DNA of 63,944 nt, filler included, from Stramenopiles sp. TOSAG23-6 (taxonomy: Eukaryota): NCBI GenBank assembly GCA_900128565.1. It is 8 parts of 8 records of this genome, joined end to end, with 100 filler letters (N's around TTAATTAATTAA, not from the genome) between each part and the next. Parts side by side here need not be neighbours in the genome. Positions count along the whole stretch, not along the records: positions 35,751 to 47,545 come from LT636238.1; positions 47,646 to 59,437 come from LT636239.1; 6 more parts are not named here. One strand, given 5' to 3'. The notes beneath the pieces are model-generated. The model saw nothing but the letters and a program-made list of their open reading frames with translations. It did no database searches and was not told the DNA's origin. Below are positions 37,325 through 48,262 of this stretch, in pieces (position 1 is the first letter of the stretch; the number at the start of each line of letters is the position of its first letter). The position numbers and the translations under genes are program-made.

Positions 37325-39568
37325 ATGGCAAAAAAGAAAAAAGGTTCTCCAAAGAAAGCAGCAAAAGTTAAACAAAAGAGTGAGGATTATCCATGGTGGA
37401 ATCCAACTGGTAAAAAAATAGAGAAGCGCACGGAGAAGCTTAATTTCAATGAAGCTTCTGCGGAACTGATTGGTGAAGTAACTAGTTTCAGTGAAACATT
37501 ATGTAAATTTCTCGCAAAAGCAATACAGGAAGGAGCTATTACTGAATGGGATGATCTTTTGAAGGGTAAACCTCGATCCGTATGGAGCTTTGGCCCTAAA
37601 AAACTAGTCATATTACGTGAGCTTTTTTTTCTTGGTCCAGGTGCTCCAGAAACAGATGAAGTGAAGGCGAAGCTTGCTGTCTATAGGGCGAAGGTTGTCG
37701 CTCATTTGGCGAAAGTTGCTGCCAATAAAGCTTCAAGGGTTAATATTTCAAAATCCAAGAAGAGCAAAAATATCTCACCCAAAAGGAGAAAAATATCGCC
37801 TAACGGAAGTGAAGCTGAAAAAGTCAAAAACTACAAAGTTGGTAAACGTGGATGGCCAGATTTTTTCTTCTTAGAAAACTTATTGAGTGAATGTATTAAC
37901 GAAGAACAAGCAATATCCAAAAGTATTGATAATTCAATGTGGAAAATACCTGTTAAAGATATAAATGCATTAACTTCCTCTGAAGCGTCACAATATTTTT
38001 ATGGAGAAAACGTAGTGGGAATTCCTGAAGCTGTTTTGTCAGATGTTGGAAACTTTCGGACGAAACCTGACTCGTCTATACAAAAAAATGTCGATATAGA
38101 AATTCAAGCTGGTGGGACTGTAACAGCATTGGATTGGTATCATGGTAGTACACAAAGTCAGTCATATCTTGCTGTAGGATGTCACACAACGTCAACTGCA
38201 AATAATAGATACCCTCTTGGTAAACTTGTCAAAGGGAAATGTGCTATTCAAATATGGCGTATTCACCAAACGAAGACGAAGTTAATGTTTGCTATTGCTG
38301 TTGATTCAGCTTTTGTATCTGACATAAAGTGGAAGCCAGGACAAGTTATTGGTGGTAGTGGCAATAGAAAAAGTTCAACAGAAATTCCAAGTCTTGGTCT
38401 TCTAGCTGCTGTTTTAAGTACAGGAAATATTATAGTGTGGGATGTTCCTAATCCAGAGACTCAAGTCACTGAAATATCTCATAAAGGTAAAGAAATATTA
38501 TTATCGTCAAGTTCAAACAGTCCTCCTTGTCGTATTGTAAAATTACAACCTGTATTGGTTGCATCAATGCCAAGTACAATGATGTATCGAATTACTTGGG
38601 CACCTTGGAATTTTGGTAGCAGTACCTCTGGTGAAGAGATTCAACAAAGTCATTATAGGTATGGATTTTTATTAGGAGGTTCATGTGATGGTCGTATTGG
38701 GCTTTGGAATGTAACATCGTCGAGTACTAGTCATGATCGTGATGATGCGAAACAACCATTAAGAGTTATTGCTCCTTTTAAAGCAACTCATCTTCCTCCT
38801 GCTGTTAATGCAATAACATCTATCGCATTTTGTCCCCATAATTCATATATATTTTCTTCAAGTTCATATGATAATTGTGTAAGAGTGTGGGATATTCGAT
38901 CTCCTGGTTTGCCTATAGCATCTCATGGTTTTGATGTACCTGTAGTAGGTGTTGTATGGCCTGAAGGTCATAGTATAATAGCTACTACTACTAGTGGTGA
39001 CATCTTGTATTTGCCGTTGGAATCTTTTTCTCGTGAGGATATAAAGATCAATAGAATGGAATCTGGTTTGTATAGTAGAAATCTACTACAAAAGAAGCGT
39101 TCCGCAAAACTTGTGAAACATCAAAATCGATATGATCGATGTGTAAATTGTTCGACAAGAGCGTATCTATTTAATAATCCGAAATATGTTAGTATCCTTG
39201 CCGTGACTGACATTGGAGAGGCTAATGTCTATTCTACAACACTTGCATCGTACCATTCCGGATTAGACTATTCTAAGGGTGATCTTTCGAAACTATTGAT
39301 GCTTGCAAAAGATGAAGGGCTCAGTGTGACTATTATGCGCCCTGCAGAAAGTAATGGTATTAGAGAGAAATTGGAAAATTTTGATAATGAATATAGAATG
39401 ACAGATAGTTTATTAGCCACTGCGGCATCAAAACCAGTGAAAGTGACTCAAAAGAATAATGAACCAAATAGCGAATCAAATATTACTACAGTGTCTTGGG
39501 TTGCTATGGGTGGTCGATGGGGGAAAGTCCACTTAATACGAAATGAGTTGTATGATATTTGCAATTAG
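37325..39568 (+). CDS. WD40 protein, TFIIIC subunit GTF3C2-like
   Basis: AGGTVTALDW, YLAVG, IQIW, LGLLAAV and WD repeats. Confidence 0.7.
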   Translation: MAKKKKGSPKKAAKVKQKSEDYPWWNPTGKKIEKRTEKLNFNEASAELIGEVTSFSETLCKFLAKAIQEGAITEWDDLLKGKPRSVWSFGPKKLVILRELFFLGPGAPETDEVKAKLAVYRAKVVAHLAKVAANKASRVNISKSKKSKNISPKRRKISPNGSEAEKVKNYKVGKRGWPDFFFLENLLSECINEEQAISKSIDNSMWKIPVKDINALTSSEASQYFYGENVVGIPEAVLSDVGNFRTKPDSSIQKNVDIEIQAGGTVTALDWYHGSTQSQSYLAVGCHTTSTANNRYPLGKLVKGKCAIQIWRIHQTKTKLMFAIAVDSAFVSDIKWKPGQVIGGSGNRKSSTEIPSLGLLAAVLSTGNIIVWDVPNPETQVTEISHKGKEILLSSSSNSPPCRIVKLQPVLVASMPSTMMYRITWAPWNFGSSTSGEEIQQSHYRYGFLLGGSCDGRIGLWNVTSSSTSHDRDDAKQPLRVIAPFKATHLPPAVNAITSIAFCPHNSYIFSSSSYDNCVRVWDIRSPGLPIASHGFDVPVVGVVWPEGHSIIATTTSGDILYLPLESFSREDIKINRMESGLYSRNLLQKKRSAKLVKHQNRYDRCVNCSTRAYLFNNPKYVSILAVTDIGEANVYSTTLASYHSGLDYSKGDLSKLLMLAKDEGLSVTIMRPAESNGIREKLENFDNEYRMTDSLLATAASKPVKVTQKNNEPNSESNITTVSWVAMGGRWGKVHLIRNELYDICN

Positions 39569-39617
39569 TGAAGCATCGAAAATAAATGTTATTATATCTA
39601 TTTTTTTAATTAAACTT

Positions 39618-41684
39618 TCAAGACCAACTCTTTACTAAATGAGGATACGCAATTCTCATCTTATCTAAACATTTTCTGGGCAAAGATCCAGCGGGTCGTT
39701 TCCGAAACTCTGCCATTACGTCATTGATATTTGTTTTTGATACAAAATTTTCTGTTATAGCTACAGTGTCTTGGGTATTTAGCACTGCATGCCACCAACC
39801 TGTGGGTAAAAATATTAATTCTCCAGGACGTTGTGTACATAGTAGAGGCCTATCCTTACCATTGAGATTCGGCAATGTATTGTTAAAATATTGAAACGGA
39901 TGTTCCTCGGCACTTAATGGAGAAGTAGTTCCCCAATCCTGTAGACCAACATTTTCATCACTCCAGTCATTCAATATTTCAAATGGTTTAGTTATATTTT
40001 TCTGCTGATCCGGATTCTTTACTAAAATATCATAATTTTTAGGTAATTCAAATTGCTTCAAGCCAGGTGGCCAATGATGTGCTCCTGGTGCATACAGAGC
40101 CCATTGCTTTGTCCCTGTAAGTAGTGCATTCCACGCAGAAGTATTAAAGGGGTCAACATGCCAAGCAGACCCTGATCCACTTGCCGATACAAGAATCCAA
40201 CGTCTTGAACCACCTGCAGATTTTTGCCACATTCCTTCTAAACCACAAATCTCTGATAAATCAGGTTCAAATATTTTGGGTATATCGTATGAATGTAAAA
40301 TATTTTCGAGTACTTCGTTACTCATTGTCCCAGCTTTAAAATGATCAGATCGAAGAGGTGTATAGAAATTTCTAGGAGGAGGACCAACTTCATTCATTCC
40401 ACCAATCATTAAATAATCCATTTTCCCTCGTATAGTTTTCCTCATAAAACGCATGTAGGATTGAAGCACAGCTAGATTGGGCAATGTTGTTGTAGATTCT
40501 TCATAATCAGAAAATATACGATGTTTAAATGCAGGGTTAACTCTGTGTCTAAATATGTCGCTTCCATAGTTAGAATTTCTTTCAGTATTATTATAACTAT
40601 TATAGTTCGTATTCAATTCGGAATTAGGGATTTCAAGACGTAACCAATCCTTAAAAGCAGGCCACTTTAAGTCAAATAAACCACGTAGCATTACTGGCAC
40701 TCTTTTCTTCTGATATAAGCGTGCGAATTCGCCACGAGTCATATTTCGTGCATCTATTCTTTGTATGTCACAACGATCACCATAAATATACTTTTCAGGC
40801 GAACGTAAAGACTCTTGGGTTTTAACCTTTTTCACCTTCAATCCTTCTGGTATGAATTCCCCAGAACCAACACCTACATGCATTACTTCAGATGATTTTG
40901 CTTTATTTTTCATATAGTCATCATCTCTGAGAATTTGGCGAAATATATCGTATACGGAAGTTCTCGAAACTTCACTCAAATTTGATGTTACAATATTTTT
41001 TAATTGTACCGCAAGATTAGATGTTCTCTCTGACGAATCTCGACAACGACGAGTCTCCTGGTCAATTTCATTGTCCAACTCGAATAAAAGTACACGGGAA
41101 TCCATTGGAATAATATTGGTTGCTTCCTCACTCTGAGGACTTCTATACAAACTATTACTTTTTGCAAGTGCCTCATCGGGAAAGGTCGCTACTTTTACTG
41201 CTTCCTTCACTTGACGTAGAATTTTATTATACAAAAGTTCAACTGTAATAAATGCATAAGGAGTAAGAAAACGCTCTAATTGATTTCTTAGACTTGCGCC
41301 GAGTATTTCAGATTGACGTCGACAGTTTAGCCAAACATCAAGACGCTGCTTTCGCTCATGAAATAACGTTTCAAATGATAAAGTTTCAACTTCACTTTCT
41401 AATATCTGCAATGTAATACCCGCCTTTAATCGTAATGAATTTGCAATTGCCGTTAAACATGTCTCTCCAGAATGATGTTCTGAACCTTTTTCCAAACCAT
41501 GTTCGACACAGAAGTCTTTTGCCACCTGCTCAATTGAGTGACTTTCGCCAGGTATCCAGGTTGCACTAACTTCACGCCCACCTTGTAAAGTTACATGTGT
41601 TGTGATTGGTTCCGATGCCCAAATTGAAGGAAGGTAGAACAATATGCAACAAGAAAGCAACGCTTGTAATTCAATGCCAAGCAT
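39618..41684 (-). CDS. JmjC-domain protein (JMJD6-like) with putative signal peptide
   Basis: HVDPFNTSAWNALLTGTK, QRPGELIFLPTGWWHAVLN, AITENF. Confidence 0.88.
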   Translation of the reverse strand: MLGIELQALLSCCILFYLPSIWASEPITTHVTLQGGREVSATWIPGESHSIEQVAKDFCVEHGLEKGSEHHSGETCLTAIANSLRLKAGITLQILESEVETLSFETLFHERKQRLDVWLNCRRQSEILGASLRNQLERFLTPYAFITVELLYNKILRQVKEAVKVATFPDEALAKSNSLYRSPQSEEATNIIPMDSRVLLFELDNEIDQETRRCRDSSERTSNLAVQLKNIVTSNLSEVSRTSVYDIFRQILRDDDYMKNKAKSSEVMHVGVGSGEFIPEGLKVKKVKTQESLRSPEKYIYGDRCDIQRIDARNMTRGEFARLYQKKRVPVMLRGLFDLKWPAFKDWLRLEIPNSELNTNYNSYNNTERNSNYGSDIFRHRVNPAFKHRIFSDYEESTTTLPNLAVLQSYMRFMRKTIRGKMDYLMIGGMNEVGPPPRNFYTPLRSDHFKAGTMSNEVLENILHSYDIPKIFEPDLSEICGLEGMWQKSAGGSRRWILVSASGSGSAWHVDPFNTSAWNALLTGTKQWALYAPGAHHWPPGLKQFELPKNYDILVKNPDQQKNITKPFEILNDWSDENVGLQDWGTTSPLSAEEHPFQYFNNTLPNLNGKDRPLLCTQRPGELIFLPTGWWHAVLNTQDTVAITENFVSKTNINDVMAEFRKRPAGSLPRKCLDKMRIAYPHLVKSWS

Positions 41685-42085
41685 TGCTCGTTTATAGAAG
41701 TTTTTTCCTCAAGAAGAAGCTACTAGTATTATCTTCGACAATCTTTTTAGATACGTACCGGATAATTTTGCGGTTGGGGAGATTTTGATTCGCGAAAAGA
41801 TACGGTAACGCCCGGGCCGGTAACCGGGTAATAACACGTGTACGTCCTTATGCAAATGACAATGTCATCTGAGTTTATCATAATAGTAGTTAGATGTGTT
41901 AGTTGAGTGATAGAACATTAATTATTGTTTTTACGAAATATTTTATTCTTAGTACAATAAAATCATTTAAGAATAAATTTTTTACACGTTTTAGTTTCCA
42001 CTAAAATCCGCACAATTTTTGAAGCATATAATCCTTTTTTACCGGTTTTTTACATTATAAAAAAAATAGTTTCTTTAAAGTTTCT

Positions 42086-44907
42086 TTAAAGTTTATCAAG
42101 ATAACGTCCAAGAGGTGGAAGATCTTCGTTCATACCTTTGCGTTTACGTGTCTCTCGGACAGCATCAAAAGACATACCCTTTTCAACAGCATTACCTGGG
42201 AGAGTTTGCCAATGATCAAAACAACACTGAGGGAAAGCCTGACCACCAGTAGCAGCACGGAGAGCAGAATCAAAACCAAAAGACTCCTTGACTGGAAGGT
42301 AAGCCTTGACAACGTTCATTGGAGTTCCAGCACGTGGAGTTTCAGCAAAGACATGACCACGACGCTGAGTAAGTGTTCCATAGATACCACCACAAGCTGA
42401 CATTGGGCAAGTAATTTCTACAAGGAAGACTGGCTCGCACAAAGATGGCTTGGAAACATAAACACCAGCAAAAAGAGCACGACGTGTTGGAGGCATGATC
42501 TGACCCATACCACGATGGATAGAATCCGCGTGCATGGTAACATCATCAAGTTCAAACATGATACCACGCATTTTTTCACCACAGAGAGGACCTTCGCGAG
42601 TAGCCCATTGAAAACCACCATTGACGGATTCCTTAATCTCATTTAAGTATTGGACACCCTTGGTAGCATCAGTGAAGAGATTTGGACCAGTGCCATCAGG
42701 GCCAAAAGCCCAAATCTTTTGAGCATCTTTAGCATCCCAACCATAAGTATCTGCCATATGACGAGCACGCTTCTTCTTATCCTGACGAGCATCAATAGTT
42801 CCGTCCTCAATTTCTTTGATCATTTGCTCTTCAAGAGGTAAAGCATGAAGGTAAAGACGGTTGTGCTTATTTGGCGACTTGGAAAGAACTTGTGGGCCTT
42901 CCTCTGTGATTGTTTCACAATATTGAACAACTGGTGGAGAAATCTTAATTTTGCATCCTTTCATGTAATCATCCTGAAGATCCTTCAAGCAAATCTCAAG
43001 ATGGAGCTCACCACAACCAGCAACGACGTGTTCACCAGATTCTTCGTGAGTAATTTGGACCATAGGATCAGATTTGGAAAGACGTTTGAGTCCTTCGACA
43101 AGCTTTGGAAGATCACCAGCAGAGCAACATTCAACAGCAACACGTACAACAGGAGATACAGAAAACTTCATCATCTTAATTGGATGACATTCTTCTTCTT
43201 TAGCATCACACAGAGTACCACACTTGAGAATGTATGCGTCAATACCGACAAGAGCACAAGTATTACCACATGGAATGTCAGCAACCTGATCGACGGATCG
43301 TCCCATCATAATAACAGTACGTTGGACAGGTTTGACTTTCAAATCAGTCTTCCTTCCAACTTCGTAGTTTGGACCCATGATACGGCACTTTTGTCCAGTT
43401 CTAATGGTACCGGAAAAAACACGACCAAAGGCATAGAAGCGACCCTTGTCACTGGTTGGAACCATCTTGGAAATGTACATAAGCATGCAACCTTCACGAT
43501 CACAATCGCGCATAGCTTTAGCGTACTTATCATCCTGAGGACCGGTATAGAGAAGCTCAGTACGGTATTTCTGTGCCTTCCATGGAGATGGAAGGTGAAG
43601 AACAATCATTTCCATAAGAGCTTCAGCAGCAGGTAACCAACGCTGCATAGCACGCTTGAGAAGAGGTTTTTGACGGAGGTCAAGTTCATCTTTCTTGAGT
43701 TTAATACCAAGTTGTTTGAACATCTTGAAGCAAGCAAGAACTTCTTTTCCAGTCTTCTTGTTGATACGTTTGGTTTCGTTAATTACACACTCAAAAAGTT
43801 GGTACAATGGATCAAGAATGAAATGTACAAAACCACGTTTGATACCTTTGGACTTTTTGTTGGTAAAACAACGTTTTGTAGGATTGTAGAAAGCTTCACC
43901 CCAAAGTTTGTCACGCATAATAGCTTCAGGAATACCAAACTTGGAAGCATACATCTTAGCAAAGTATACAATGGTAAAACCCCACTGGTGGAGACCAGAA
44001 CCGAAAGCAACTGTACCCTTGGTTGGGTCGACAAGAATATTCTCAACACCTCCATAGAATTCAGAAAAGTTTTTGTCAGCGTATGTGTTAATAATGACGT
44101 TGACATCCTCAATTACACGGGTAAGATTAGTATAACATTCCTCAGGAGGAAGGTTAAGCTCGAGAAGGACACGGTCAAGTTTGTTACACATGACAACAGG
44201 TTTGACACGTTCACCAAGAGCTTGGCGTAGGACAGTTTCAGTTTGAACAGCGACACCTTCGACACAGTCGACGACAACAAGAGCACCATCAGTGACACGA
44301 AGAGCAGCAGTTACCTCAGATGAGAAATCAACGTGGCCTGGTGAATCAATAAGATTGATGAGGTATGATTGAGAACCAAACTCAACTTCTTCTCCCTTTA
44401 CACCTTCCTCGCCTTCCTCTCCAGCAACAGTTCCAGTGGCAGCATCATACTCGAAATACAAGGAAATACCAGTGGATTTAATTGTAATACATCGGTCCTG
44501 TTCATCTTGACGAGTGTCAGTAAAACGAGCATCACCAGCCTTTTTACCAGCGATAATACCAGCCTTACAAACGAGAGAATCAGTAAGTGTGGACTTTCCG
44601 TGATCAACATGAGCAATGACTGACATATTACGAATTTGCTTCGTAAAGTTCATCATCTCACGCATTTGTTCTACTGTGAAGTTAACCTAATAGGTACAGT
44701 ATAACATGGATATTTATAAATGTTAGTCATTTGATATAAAGAAAAGTTTCGACAAAGAAAAAGAAACACAAACAAACTCAAAGTTAGCTCCTGGTCTATT
44801 TCAATTTCAGCGACGACATGTCAACGAAAATCGCGACCCACAGATAGCAATTGGAAAATGCGATACAGAAGTGTATAACAATAATGTAAAGAAGATAAAC
44901 TTACCAT
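42086..44907 (-). CDS. EEF2: Translation elongation factor 2; exons 44905-44907, 42086-44686
   Basis: [31 protein letters not shown] start after splicing. Confidence 0.98.
44687..44904 (-). other. Canonical GT-AG intron after the start codon
   Basis: ATG|GTAAGT...GACTAAC...TATTAG|GTTAAC. Confidence 0.9.
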
Positions 44908-45306
44908 TTTGAGCGAATTGTGTATTTACAAAGAATAAATTCGACAGTAAAAGTTTATTGCGCAGAAAACCAAAAACACAGAGACGCACCACCACACACT
45001 CGTGTGCGAAGAATCGAATGCGAGGCACGTGTCAGTGCTGAATCGATTAGTTTTAAGTACAAAAATTAACTAGAAAACGTGAGGTAACGAAATCTAGCAA
45101 ATTCGAGTAAATCAACACCACTCATATGGCGCATCATACCTTCAACTATAAACTTTCGTACTAATTTTTGTACTCTAAATGTGGCAGTTTTGTGACTCGC
45201 CGCAACAAAAAATGTAACGCAGATATACAATATCGCACCTATACAGTATACTATTAGCTAGTATCATCAAAAAGATACAGACTACCTAAGGATAATATAG
45301 TATAAC

Positions 45307-47379
45307 ATGAACCATGACGATCCACTTCCTGGGCAATCACATCCTTCACGGGATCAATCATCAGTAATAAAGAAACAAAATTCATACGAAAAATATATTT
45401 CACAAGTCCTGGCAGTCCCTGTCGCTAAAGTAGATAATACTGTATCTCAAATGAATGTGTTGACTAAACTATCCGTAAATCAGGTTCATCAACTCAAGAA
45501 TACTTTAGAATATATAGATGATTCAAAATCACCACACATAAAAAGTAATGATGATCAATTGCAAAATAAATGTAAAAAAACTTTGTATTCTTCCTCAACG
45601 CATGAAGAGATAGGGCACTATTCAAATCAACGCGATGGTTGGAAACACGCGGAGCTATTACAACAGCAGATTAACCGCTCAACTGATGAATACTATTGTC
45701 AACTAAAGGCTCATTCAGACAGAAGTCGCGCAGAATTCAATGCTGAAATAAGTAACTTCCAAAATCAACGTTCAGAGCTTTTGTCAGAATTAAGCCAAGT
45801 ATCTAATAATAATTCAACCGTTGACAAACTCGAGACATTAGTTGAGTACAATCGTAACCTAAAAGGTGAATATGAATCCCTGATGGAACAAAAACATATT
45901 GCTGAAACTGAACAAAAAGTAGCACTTGACAAGATGCACCTAGAAGTATTAAATGCCTTGGCAGCCGTGAAAAAAGCGAATATTGCTACAGCAGAAAAAT
46001 CTTCGAATATGACTTCTAATCCCCCTATAAAACAAGAAAATTTAGTTCAATCATTATCTACAATTGAAAAGAGAATAGACGCAAAATTGGATAAATTAGT
46101 TTTGTTAGATTCTGGTGATAAAAAGAAAAGACTATTGTCCGAGGTATATGCTGTGAAAGCAAAGCTCTTTCAGATAGTTGGAAATATTTCAGAAACCTTT
46201 GAGTCAGAAGGTATATCATTAAATATGGCAGAGATAAATCAAACAATATTAACTGAATCCAATGTTTCAAGCACAGTTGATCAGATTGTAAATGAAGAAA
46301 AAGCAATAAACGAAAAAACAAGTGAAACAAAAGATAAAAACAATATTAAACAGACAAATAAAACAAGTATAACAAAAGATAAAAAAGCAACAAACGAAAA
46401 CATAACAAATGAAAAAACAGGTGAAATAAAAGATAAAAAAAATATTAAACAGACAAATAAAACAAATACAATAAATAAAACAGATATAACAAAAGGCATT
46501 AAACAAACAAATAAAGCAAATAAAACAAAAGATAAAACAGATATTAAAAGAACAAAAGGCAATACATTTTTAAAATTGGAAAATCCAGCAAGTGTATTTC
46601 AAAATGCAGCAAACAAATTTCAAGACGCATCAGAGGAATTTAGGGAAAATGAGAATGATTCACATGAAGCTCAAATGAGAGAAAAACTTGAAAAATCTTC
46701 AAAGATTATCAAAACTATTGCGGAAGATACAATCGAACTAGCTCATTTAGAACATCCAATGCCAGGTGTATTATCTATAAAAATTATACGAGGGGCACAT
46801 TTGCCAAGTAAGGCAAGGTCGAAGTCTTTTACAGGATATATTACAGTCGAGAACAAATGTGAAGATGGTACTTCTCTTGGTGTACTACAACAATTACGTC
46901 ATGACGGTTTGAAAGTGAAACGTGATAGCATTGGTAGAGCAAGAACTGCTACTGTAAAAAAGACTCGAAATCCATCATTCATGAATGAAACTTTTTGTTA
47001 TGATTTCCCATCATGGAGTAGTCTGTTACGATCTCAAATAGAACTTACTTTGTTCACAAGCCAGTTTGTGGGAAAAAATACTCAAGTTGGTCATGGAGTA
47101 ATCCCGAAAGGTGGAATTATCACACAAGATTTATTGCTTAGTGCGCTAGGTGACTCTGTTGATCGTGAGATTGATATTATATCTGATGTGCAATTTCAAG
47201 GTGCAGGGAAACATGGAGAAACTACATATAAGAAAGGGGATATTATTGGTGATATAATATGTTTTATTGAAATAGAAGGATTTGGACAATCTGCTAAAGC
47301 AGCACAGCTAATTTCAGCACAAAAGGCAAATAGGGAATCTACTAAATGGTTTGAAAGTAAAGAAAAGAAAACTGAATGA
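45307..47379 (+). CDS. Coiled-coil protein with C-terminal C2 domain
   Basis: GVLSIKIIRGAHL...RTATVKKTRNP. Confidence 0.75.
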   Translation: MNHDDPLPGQSHPSRDQSSVIKKQNSYEKYISQVLAVPVAKVDNTVSQMNVLTKLSVNQVHQLKNTLEYIDDSKSPHIKSNDDQLQNKCKKTLYSSSTHEEIGHYSNQRDGWKHAELLQQQINRSTDEYYCQLKAHSDRSRAEFNAEISNFQNQRSELLSELSQVSNNNSTVDKLETLVEYNRNLKGEYESLMEQKHIAETEQKVALDKMHLEVLNALAAVKKANIATAEKSSNMTSNPPIKQENLVQSLSTIEKRIDAKLDKLVLLDSGDKKKRLLSEVYAVKAKLFQIVGNISETFESEGISLNMAEINQTILTESNVSSTVDQIVNEEKAINEKTSETKDKNNIKQTNKTSITKDKKATNENITNEKTGEIKDKKNIKQTNKTNTINKTDITKGIKQTNKANKTKDKTDIKRTKGNTFLKLENPASVFQNAANKFQDASEEFRENENDSHEAQMREKLEKSSKIIKTIAEDTIELAHLEHPMPGVLSIKIIRGAHLPSKARSKSFTGYITVENKCEDGTSLGVLQQLRHDGLKVKRDSIGRARTATVKKTRNPSFMNETFCYDFPSWSSLLRSQIELTLFTSQFVGKNTQVGHGVIPKGGIITQDLLLSALGDSVDREIDIISDVQFQGAGKHGETTYKKGDIIGDIICFIEIEGFGQSAKAAQLISAQKANRESTKWFESKEKKTE

Positions 47380-47859
47380 ATGAATGAATGAATAAAGATT
47401 ACAGGTGCATGTAGCTACAGGTACAGGAAAATATAAAAATTATTTTTAAACAATTACACACTTTTCACATGTAAAACAAGTTGTATCGTTTTCCTTTTGA
47501 GGGTCAGAAAAAACTTCTCTCCTTGCAACAAATATTTCATTATCTNNNNNNNNNNNNNNNNNNNNNNNNNNNNNNNNNNNNNNNNNNNNTTAATTAATTA
47601 ANNNNNNNNNNNNNNNNNNNNNNNNNNNNNNNNNNNNNNNNNNNNTAAAGAACACTGAAAACCCCAACCAATTGCATTTATACTAGTCATCTGCAATTGA
47701 CACCTCGCATACGATCCTACATTCACATAACAAGTGAACTGGTACATCGAAATCGCACTCAAACTTCGAAACGCAGAAGTCGAAATTCACATTTTCATCG
47801 CAAAGATTGCAAAACACTCGAACTCATATTTCACGAAAAGTCCCCATAAATCCGTCAAT

Positions 47860-48035
47860 AAATACATCCAATACGATCGATATACTCGTTACATTTGATA
47901 CATTTATTACATATAATACATTCAATACATTAAATACGTTGAATACATCAAATACATTGAATACATACAATATACTCAATACATTCAGTACATTGCATAC
48001 ATTAAATACATCCAATACAAATTCTACAAATTCAA
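47860..48035. repeat. Degenerate 9-bp-period repeat (AATACATTN-like)
   Basis: Visible periodicity upstream of the homeobox gene. Confidence 0.7.
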
Positions 48036-48262
48036 TCCCGGGTAACACGAAATCCCACTNAAANCNGTTNCNCTCAAAGGAAAAACACGAAAAAAAAGAT
48101 AAACACGAAAAAATGAACGGACAGTATTGATTTTGATAAACTTTTTTGATGTCTTGAAAAGATTGTATGGTGTGACTTTGTGTTTTGTGATATCCCGTCA
48201 ACGTTCCTGGTAGCTCTCGATAATCCAATTCATTGGGTGGGTAAGAGCCCATCTCCGAAGTG

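Noticed and set aside
42130-44623. Long antisense and alternate-frame ORFs over eEF2
   Set aside because: Shadow ORFs caused by codon bias
44687-44904. snoRNA in the eEF2 intron
   Set aside because: A CTGA is present but there is no convincing C box
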